Part shown: positions 57,676 through 64,000 of the stretch, in pieces
Layout of the letters: the number at the start of each line of letters is the position of its first letter
Numbering within the stretch: position 1 is the first letter of the stretch
Virus record (IMG/VR): IMGVR_UViG_3300005264_000002
Coordinates: 12,087-76,086 of that record
DNA: 64,000 nucleotides
Source of the DNA: a virus
Direction: 5' to 3' (one strand)
Notes under the pieces: generated by a model
Database searches by the model: none
Seen by the model: the letters and a program-made list of their open reading frames with translations, nothing else
What the model was told of the DNA's origin: nothing
Translations under genes and position numbers: made by a program

Positions 57676-57712
57676 AGGCCAAGGAAGATTACCATTCTCC
57701 TTGGCCTTTTTA
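57676..57712 (+). terminator. Intrinsic terminator
   Basis: AGGCCAAGGA-N12-TCCTTGGCCT followed by TTTT. Confidence 0.8.
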
Positions 57713-57736
57713 TTTACAACCAACCAAGGAATATAT

Positions 57737-58348
57737 ATGAGCGAATTAAAGTTAGTTACTCCAGAAATGTTAAAAAGATTTGTTGTTACTGATATTGAAT
57801 GTGAAAGAGATTTAGGGGAAGGAACTCCATTTAGTTTTGATGATGCTCAATATGCTGGAATAGGTGTAGCTTGTACATTAGATCAAGATGGTATGGAAAG
57901 AGATTGGATTGATGATAAGTGTGCATTTAAATATTTTGGATACTTAAGCCAGTTTCCTATCATTGGTGGATACAATGTAATCAATTTTGATTTCCCTATT
58001 ATTGGTGGAGCACTACTTGGGCCAGAGAATCAATCGGCCAAAAGATTTGTTGCTAATAATTTCAAAGGAAAGATAATTGATTTTGCCTTAGATTGTTCAG
58101 AAGCTTTAGGCCATAGAGCAAAGTTAGAAAAGATATCTATTCCGACATTAGGTGACCATAAAGAGATGGATGGAAAGAATGCTCCTAATCGTTACAGGAA
58201 TGGAAAGGTAATGGAAACCATCCAATACTGCAGAGGAGACAACAGAAGACTCCAGCAATTAGTAATGATGGCCGTAAATGGACAAGAGCTTAAATATCAA
58301 ACAAATAATGGAGTTAAAAGTTTTAAGGCAAAAGTGAAGTTAAGATAG
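57737..58348 (+). CDS. DEDD/RNase H-fold 3'-5' exonuclease-like protein (start revised to ATG 57737)
   Basis: VVTDIE, GYNVINFDFP, YCRGD motifs; AAGGA SD. Confidence 0.75.
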   Translation: MSELKLVTPEMLKRFVVTDIECERDLGEGTPFSFDDAQYAGIGVACTLDQDGMERDWIDDKCAFKYFGYLSQFPIIGGYNVINFDFPIIGGALLGPENQSAKRFVANNFKGKIIDFALDCSEALGHRAKLEKISIPTLGDHKEMDGKNAPNRYRNGKVMETIQYCRGDNRRLQQLVMMAVNGQELKYQTNNGVKSFKAKVKLR

Positions 58349-58463
58349 AGGGAGAAGGGTAATCTTAATGATTTAATATTCCATCCATGGAAACCCTTCT
58401 AATATTAATTATGACATAGATATTTAGGGAAGCAATATCTGTAAGAACATTTAAGGATCAAGG

Positions 58464-58901
58464 ATGGTCAGAGAAACAAGTGTAAAAGCTTATCAAGAGA
58501 TTAAGCTAAATGGTATTTTAACAGGACTACAATTAAAAGTTTACGAAACTCTTTTCTTTTGTGGCCCTTTAACTGGAAATGAGATGAGAGAGATTATTGG
58601 AGGGAAAAGTAATTCGGGAGTTTATATTACTAGACTCAGTGAGTTAGAAAGAAGAGGAGCAGTTCAGACTCTAAAGAAAAGAGCTTGCCAAGTTACAGGA
58701 AGATTAGCTATTGAATGGGATGTAACGAGTCACATTCCAAAAGGCAGAGTGAAGCCTATGACTAAAAAGGATAAGATTAAAGATTTAGTTAATGGGATAA
58801 CAGAGATGAAAGAATATATAAATGAGCCAATAATTCCTATCAAAAGAGAATGGTTAATTAGAAATTTAAATAAAATAATAACTAAGGTTAAGGAGTTTTA
58901 G
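58464..58901 (+). CDS. Winged-HTH DNA-binding protein
   Basis: GPLTGNE...TRLSELERRGAV...C.VTGR. Confidence 0.7.
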   Translation: MVRETSVKAYQEIKLNGILTGLQLKVYETLFFCGPLTGNEMREIIGGKSNSGVYITRLSELERRGAVQTLKKRACQVTGRLAIEWDVTSHIPKGRVKPMTKKDKIKDLVNGITEMKEYINEPIIPIKREWLIRNLNKIITKVKEF

Positions 58902-59264
58902 ATGAAGTTTTCAGAATTAAAAATAGATCCAAACCATCAATTTGTAGAGTTTGCCAAGATTGCTTTACCAGGATTAAATGAATCTGTTCTTCAGGATTAT
59001 GAGGAAGTTCATAAAGATATCCTAAAAATGATGAACGCTGATATGATTATCCCTGAGCAAGACTATCAACAATTTCTATCAGCAAATCATAATTACTTTC
59101 TCTATTTCTTTTATGGAGTCTATAAGTTATTAGATCATAATAGTGAAATGAATAAGATGTGGAGAGATCTACAAATGGCCCAAGCTCACGAAGCAATTAA
59201 ACAAATAGGTCAAACATTTAACCCTAATCATAAGGAAGATAGCAATGACAACTCAAGCAAGTAA
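58902..59264 (+). CDS. Hypothetical protein
   Basis: AAGGAG SD. Confidence 0.65.
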   Translation: MKFSELKIDPNHQFVEFAKIALPGLNESVLQDYEEVHKDILKMMNADMIIPEQDYQQFLSANHNYFLYFFYGVYKLLDHNSEMNKMWRDLQMAQAHEAIKQIGQTFNPNHKEDSNDNSSK

Positions 59265-59463
59265 TCCTGAAAGAAGAAAGAAGTGGAAAGTAAAAGTTAT
59301 TGGATGGGCAAACATGGAGAGTTATCTAAATGATATGGAAGATGATGGGTATAAAATCATGGAGATCTTTGAACAAAAGAATACTGAAGACGGTAATCTT
59401 GATGATTATTGTTTAGTAGTGGCCAAAGATCAAAAAGCTACACAAAAGAAAAGGTTCTATTAA
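59245..59463 (+). CDS. Hypothetical protein
   Basis: AAGGA SD; overlaps upstream gene. Confidence 0.6.
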   Translation: MTTQASNPERRKKWKVKVIGWANMESYLNDMEDDGYKIMEIFEQKNTEDGNLDDYCLVVAKDQKATQKKRFY

Positions 59464-59465
59464 TC

Positions 59466-59966
59466 ATGGAAAATATAAACATTGGATCGATATACAATTA
59501 TAAATCTAAAGAATATATGGTTAAGAATATTATCGCTCACAAGAAGAGATTCTTATTCTGGAGTTGGTGGGCAAGTCTAGTTATTTATTGTTCATCATAT
59601 GGTAAGGAATACTCAAGAGATATTAAAGAATTCAAAAAGAGATTTTATCCTGGAGAGTTGCCTCCACTACCTAATTGTAGATCAAGTGTTTATATGGCCA
59701 AAGAGACATCAACAAAAGGAACAACCTTGTCTCCTGGTGAAAGAATTGTTCCTCCTCTAGTTTCATTTGATTATGCTTTTAAGGGAGCAGAGAAGACAAG
59801 TATAATAGTTTCCATCCCTTCAGGATCTAATATAGATATTGAACAAATACAAAAAGCAATAGACAATCTTAATAAAGGGTCAAGAGATCCTCAAGATATT
59901 ATCTTTACTCCAAAAGAAGAGGAAGAAATAAAAGAGTTACATAACAAATTATCTAAGGAGAGTTAA
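59466..59966 (+). CDS. Hypothetical protein with DUF1653-like N-terminus (start revised to ATG 59466)
   Basis: IGSIY.YK.KEY.V...LVIY....KEYSRDIKEF..RF pattern. Confidence 0.5.
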   Translation: MENINIGSIYNYKSKEYMVKNIIAHKKRFLFWSWWASLVIYCSSYGKEYSRDIKEFKKRFYPGELPPLPNCRSSVYMAKETSTKGTTLSPGERIVPPLVSFDYAFKGAEKTSIIVSIPSGSNIDIEQIQKAIDNLNKGSRDPQDIIFTPKEEEEIKELHNKLSKES

Positions 59967-60491
59967 ATGTTATTCAATTCCTATATAGACGCAAGGATGT
60001 TCTTTCAGAGGAATAAAAACTTCTTAACAGAAGAAAAGCTACTTCAAATGATAGAAGGATTAAAAGAGTTAAGAGGAAAGGAAGAATTCTTAGTTCAAAA
60101 AATACACATAAATGATTTAATAATAGATGCAGAACATCAAATAGATTTAATTAATAACCCTGAATTGCTCTTACATATCCAAAAGGAGGAGAGAAAAGAA
60201 AAAGAGAGAAGAGCAAAATCTAATCCATATCATCCATTAACACCACAAGAATCAATTAAACCTAAAGAATTAAAATTAAAAGAAAGTATCAATAATAAAT
60301 ATAAAGACAAACCATTCATTTTAATTATCAATAATATATCAGATGAAATAAATTTATTAAGCAAAATAGAAAAAGAAGCGGTTAAGCAAGTCAGAGAATT
60401 AGCAGGAAATAATAAAACTAAAATGGCAAAAGTATTAGGAATATCCATTAAAGGAACTTACGATAAAATAAAAAGGTATTTCTCAAAATAA
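59967..60491 (+). CDS. Protein with C-terminal Fis/NtrC-type HTH
   Basis: LSKIEKEAV....AGNNKTKMAKVLGISIKGTYDKIKRY. Confidence 0.75.
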   Translation: MLFNSYIDARMFFQRNKNFLTEEKLLQMIEGLKELRGKEEFLVQKIHINDLIIDAEHQIDLINNPELLLHIQKEERKEKERRAKSNPYHPLTPQESIKPKELKLKESINNKYKDKPFILIINNISDEINLLSKIEKEAVKQVRELAGNNKTKMAKVLGISIKGTYDKIKRYFSK

Positions 60492-60522
60492 AAAAGATAA
60501 AAGGAATTCATACACGTATAAT
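60491..60522 (+). promoter_or_regulatory. Phage promoter class AAGATA-N17-TATAAT
   Basis: AAAAAGATA-N15-CGTATAAT. Confidence 0.75.
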
Positions 60523-60567
60523 GTTTTATTCAATCAATAATATTTTTTACTCAAAAAGGAGAGTTAA

Positions 60568-61080
60568 ATGAAAAAAGTAAACAGAAAGCCAATTACAAAA
60601 CTAGCACCAAAAAAAAATAAGGTCTTAGGCAAAGCAAAAGAATCTACTTCCAGACCAGGAGGACTTAAGGCGGTCAACCAAGAACTAGCCGATAGATTAG
60701 AGCAATGCGAAAAGGATCTTAAAGCAAGCCAGGATAAGGCAATATCATTAATTAATGATAATAAAACCAAATCTTTTCTATGTGAAGCATTAAAGAAAAT
60801 AACAAAAGTATTAAAAGAGCTAAAGAAAGATAAAGATCATCTTCAAAGAACATGTGATCTCTTATCAAAACAAAGAGGCGAAGCGTTAGATAATTTAGCA
60901 ATGGCCGAAGCTTATATCCAAATATTGCCAGATGAAAAGAAAGAAGATTCTGAAGATGAGGATGGTGAAGAAGAAAATAACGGAAGTCAATCAGTAGTAA
61001 TAAAAGGAACACTATCATCAGTAAAAGAAAAAGAACTTAAGAAATTTTTAGATAAATTAATACCTAAAAAAGAAGAATAA
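60568..61080 (+). CDS. Coiled-coil hypothetical protein
   Basis: AAGGAG SD. Confidence 0.65.
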   Translation: MKKVNRKPITKLAPKKNKVLGKAKESTSRPGGLKAVNQELADRLEQCEKDLKASQDKAISLINDNKTKSFLCEALKKITKVLKELKKDKDHLQRTCDLLSKQRGEALDNLAMAEAYIQILPDEKKEDSEDEDGEEENNGSQSVVIKGTLSSVKEKELKKFLDKLIPKKEE

Positions 61081-61226
61081 TCATTAAAATTGAGTGAGAA
61101 TAAGATAAAGAATCCATTATATCTAATATTTTATCCTCACTCAATAATAATGTGTCTAACCTATTGAAATTACTACGACTAATTAAACTAAGTATAATAA
61201 GAAAAAAAGTGTAAAAAGGGACAAAT

Positions 61227-61481
61227 ATGAAAAACGCTAAATACTATCTAATAAGTTACTATGCAAGATTACCAAGAGGAGGATTTGGATTCTCTAATAC
61301 TTATTATCATGTACCAGCAGATAAAGAGTTTGATGTGAGACTATTTGAGTTACAGATGGCAAGTGAAACAGGATTAAAGCCTAACGATCATTCTATTATC
61401 TCCAGAATGCCAGTAACAGTAGAAGAGTATAATCACAATTTAGATCAGAGCAATAAAGAGATATATAATAAGCATAGTTAG
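61227..61481 (+). CDS. Hypothetical protein
   Basis: SD-led ORF. Confidence 0.6.
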   Translation: MKNAKYYLISYYARLPRGGFGFSNTYYHVPADKEFDVRLFELQMASETGLKPNDHSIISRMPVTVEEYNHNLDQSNKEIYNKHS

Positions 61482-61497
61482 AAGAGATAGAGGGAAG

Positions 61498-61872
61498 ATG
61501 AAAACAATTACCAATAAAGCTATTGAAATGACAGAAGAATGGATAAAAGCATTAGAAGAATCAGTATCCAAACATTCAACAGACAAAGAGCTCTTAAAAA
61601 TATATAAAGAGAATCCCTCCTTTCAGCTCTTCATACAGGAAATGATGAAAGATGAGGTAAACCATCAAGATGAAATTGAAAAGCTTAAAAGCGAAATTAA
61701 GGGCCTTGAAACAGAACAAGAACAACTTAATGATTGTATCAATGGTTGGATAGATCAAGTAACTCAATATCAACGTCAATTAAAAAGACATTTTGAAATA
61801 ATGGTAAGGCAAGGAACCAAAGATGGATATGTCTATAAACGAACAAAAGAACTAATAGAGAGGTATTTATGA
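61498..61872 (+). CDS. Coiled-coil hypothetical protein
   Basis: SD-led ORF. Confidence 0.6.
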   Translation: MKTITNKAIEMTEEWIKALEESVSKHSTDKELLKIYKENPSFQLFIQEMMKDEVNHQDEIEKLKSEIKGLETEQEQLNDCINGWIDQVTQYQRQLKRHFEIMVRQGTKDGYVYKRTKELIERYL

Positions 61873-62207
61873 TTTCATTTATTCTAACAGGAATAGCATT
61901 AGTATTATTAACCATCTTATTATTGATTCTATCAACAGGAATGATAACAGATGAACATCCTCAATTAGATATCTTTCAAATGCATCATGGGTATTTAATT
62001 CTCCTGGCAATTATCCCTAATCTATGGATACAAATACCAGCTATAATTATCGGGCTTGATGATATCTATCAACACGCTAGACATTTGGGGGGAGATGTAT
62101 TGTATATTTCTCCATTGAAAAGATTGTTTTATTCAACAAAATTTGGTAAATCAAAGATCGTTCAGAGAATAACTAATTGGTTTGATAAATTACTAGGGAG
62201 TCAATAA
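61869..62207 (+). CDS. Membrane protein
   Basis: GAGGT SD; hydrophobic helices; HHGY and DDIYQH motifs. Confidence 0.65.
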   Translation: MISFILTGIALVLLTILLLILSTGMITDEHPQLDIFQMHHGYLILLAIIPNLWIQIPAIIIGLDDIYQHARHLGGDVLYISPLKRLFYSTKFGKSKIVQRITNWFDKLLGSQ

Positions 62208-62380
62208 TGGAAAAGTTTTGTATTTGGTATTTAATTATCTGTAATGCTAGTTATTTGGTCATCAATGCAATTAACCATGGGAAGCCTAGGAATGAGAACT
62301 ACGACATTGAAGTAGCTTTTATTATTGTTTTATTAAATTTCTTTATCTATCAGGCCCTTGGCATCTTCAATTACCTATAG
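62207..62380 (+). CDS. Small two-TM protein (57 aa, below track cutoff)
   Basis: TAATG coupling, GGAG SD; MEKFCIWYLIIC...HGKPRNENY...FIYQALGIFNYL*. Confidence 0.6.
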   Translation: MEKFCIWYLIICNASYLVINAINHGKPRNENYDIEVAFIIVLLNFFIYQALGIFNYL

Positions 62381-62385
62381 GACAG

Positions 62386-62613
62386 ATGATGACTAAAGAG
62401 ATATTCAATCCCCTAAATAATCAAATAAATGACATAATGAAGAAAGCTAAACTCTCAGCATTAAATAAAAGAGCAGACGTTTATACTGAAGATATGATTG
62501 AATACTTAAAAGATACTGATTTAACTGGCCAATGGAATAAGGATTCATTAAAAGCAATATCAATTTTTATGAAGACTGCATATAAGGCAGGATTTAAGGA
62601 GGCATTAAGATGA
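62386..62613 (+). CDS. Hypothetical protein
   Basis: SD-led ORF with AYKAGF motif. Confidence 0.6.
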   Translation: MMTKEIFNPLNNQINDIMKKAKLSALNKRADVYTEDMIEYLKDTDLTGQWNKDSLKAISIFMKTAYKAGFKEALR

Positions 62614-63074
62614 AAGAACCACAATTAGGACAACAAGTTAAAGATATCATTACAGGATTCTCCGGAGTGGTAGTTGCTAAAACTAGATATCTTCATGGAG
62701 TATGCAGAGCATCAGTTCAACCAAGAGACTTAAAAGATGGAGGTATCCAAAAAGAACAGGACTTTGATCTTAATCAATTATCAATAGTAGATGAGGAAAT
62801 CGTTCACATTGTTCCAGAAAATGATCCAGTAGTATCTATGGGAGACAAGGTTTATTGCTCAATGACAGAATTCCAAGGAATTGTTTGGGCCATATGTACT
62901 TATATTAATGGATGTAGAAGAATGGGAGTTGCCCCTAAAGTAACTAAAGATAATAAAATAGAGAATCAATGGTTCGATGAAGGACAATTAAGAATACTAA
63001 GAAAGAACAACGTTCCTCAGGGGCCAACAAATACAGGTGGACCTAAGCAATCAATCAATGACTCATGGAAATGA
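62610..63074 (+). CDS. Protein of two tandem SH3-like repeats
   Basis: LGQQVKDIITGFSGVV..YLHGVCR..VQP..FD vs MGDKVYCSMTEFQGIV..YINGCRR..VAP..WFDE. Confidence 0.7.
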   Translation: MKEPQLGQQVKDIITGFSGVVVAKTRYLHGVCRASVQPRDLKDGGIQKEQDFDLNQLSIVDEEIVHIVPENDPVVSMGDKVYCSMTEFQGIVWAICTYINGCRRMGVAPKVTKDNKIENQWFDEGQLRILRKNNVPQGPTNTGGPKQSINDSWK

Positions 63075-63128
63075 TTCCAAGTATAATTATTATTTCTCTC
63101 GTCTTATTAGTTATTTATGGAGAGTTAA

Positions 63129-63701
63129 GTGGATAAAACATTAGAAAATCTAAGAAAGTCTTATACTACTATTCCTCTTTTCTCTCCACCTCCTTCAGAT
63201 TCATTCATAAAAATTAAAGATAATAAAATTGTTTTAGCTCCTGGCACGTATAATATAAATGCTAATAATAGATCTGAAACAATAACAGTAACAAAGGAAA
63301 CAAGTATGTCATATGATGCAGAGAGCACTCCATTAAGTAGAGAAGATTTAAATAAGGCATTAGAAGCAGCAAAAGGATCGGATATGAATATCTCTGAATC
63401 GTTACAGCAAACTAAATTAAAGTCAGAGCAAAAAGAGTTAATCAATGAGCAATGGGATCTCCAGGATGCTATCAATGCCAACATGCAAAGGATAGATAAA
63501 CAAGATCAAGCAGCTAATAAAATCCTTAAAGATCTTAAGCCAGGGGAAGAGATATCAGTAAAAGATATCAAGAAAGTATATGGAAAGGGATGGAAGAAAT
63601 CTCTTGCCTGTACTCCTTTAGCTGGCCAAGTAGATAAGAGAGATAAGAAGAAAGCTAAACAAATAAAGAAGTCAAGGAAACTTAACAGGAGAAGGAAGTA
63701 A
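63129..63701 (+). CDS. Hypothetical protein
   Basis: GGAG SD before GTG; basic C-terminus. Confidence 0.6.
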   Translation: MDKTLENLRKSYTTIPLFSPPPSDSFIKIKDNKIVLAPGTYNINANNRSETITVTKETSMSYDAESTPLSREDLNKALEAAKGSDMNISESLQQTKLKSEQKELINEQWDLQDAINANMQRIDKQDQAANKILKDLKPGEEISVKDIKKVYGKGWKKSLACTPLAGQVDKRDKKKAKQIKKSRKLNRRRK

Positions 63702-63997
63702 TGGATGATTATGTTTGTTCAATGTGTGGAGAGTCAATTGAGTTTGATGAAACTAACGTTATCCCTTTTTCCTGTTGTGGATGTAAACCTAATCTAAAGA
63801 CTAAAGAAGTCCCTGTAAATATTACTCAAGAAGAATATGATCGGGGGATCAAAGCTTATCTGTCTAGTAAATTTGAGGAGAAACTTACAGTATCCAAACC
63901 TATCCCCGTAAAGGAAAATTGTGGGTCGTGTCAACACTGGATGAAAAAGGGAGATTGTCCAAGAGAAAAGGTGACAATGAAAGGTGAAAGCAATTAA
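63701..63997 (+). CDS. Cys-rich hypothetical protein
   Basis: CSMC, CCGC and CGSC..W..C motifs. Confidence 0.6.
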   Translation: MDDYVCSMCGESIEFDETNVIPFSCCGCKPNLKTKEVPVNITQEEYDRGIKAYLSSKFEEKLTVSKPIPVKENCGSCQHWMKKGDCPREKVTMKGESN

Positions 63998-64000
63998 AAC

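Noticed and set aside
63245-63254. CACGTATAAT as another AAGATA-class promoter
   Set aside because: Lies inside a CDS, and the nearest AAGATA is too far upstream for the 17-bp spacing
1572-63484. Numerous 60-143-aa minus-strand or off-frame ORFs nested in long genes
   Set aside because: Antisense or alternative-frame shadows of well-supported genes, without SD sequences or recognisable motifs
1-64000. Stop-codon reassignment, tRNA genes, integrase/att site
   Set aside because: Genes are full length in the standard code and TAA, TAG and TGA all serve as stops; no tRNA cloverleaf or integrase was seen by eye (tRNAscan-SE/ARAGORN would confirm)

Overview
AT-rich segment of a large tailed dsDNA phage (Caudoviricetes), standard genetic code. 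It looks siphovirus-like: there is a tail-tube protein and a 1381-aa tape measure, but no recognisable sheath or baseplate wedge. Layout: (1) 1-1148 (-), a partial metallophosphoesterase; (2) 1.3-34.8 kb (+), the morphogenesis module (portal fused to a MuF domain, HK97 protease, capsid, putative head decoration/fibre genes, permuted NlpC/P60, adaptor, tail tube, frameshifted tail chaperone, tape measure, tail tip/fibres); (3) 34.8-52.5 kb, replication/recombination (SF2 helicase, candidate origin, DnaB, primase, sigma factor, DnaE, gp32-like SSB, UvsY-like, RecA, SbcCD, RuvC-like) plus a membrane/lipoprotein trio; (4) 52.6-64 kb, a second sigma factor, terminase and small accessory genes. No integrase, tRNA, CRISPR array or reverse transcriptase was seen. 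Most notable observations: a ~100-aa module inserted in-frame into four different virion proteins and nested three-deep inside itself in one of them; a candidate origin with paired tandem-G.A hairpins and a consensus sigma70 promoter firing into it; two phage-specific promoter classes alongside two phage sigma factors, with three apparently leaderless genes; apparent over-representation of GGCC; a prion-like SSB linker ending in DDIPF; a 2+1 arrangement of tail-collar domains; and a possibly switchable structured RNA at 57.55-57.71 kb. All product calls are from motif recognition by eye; no database searches were run.
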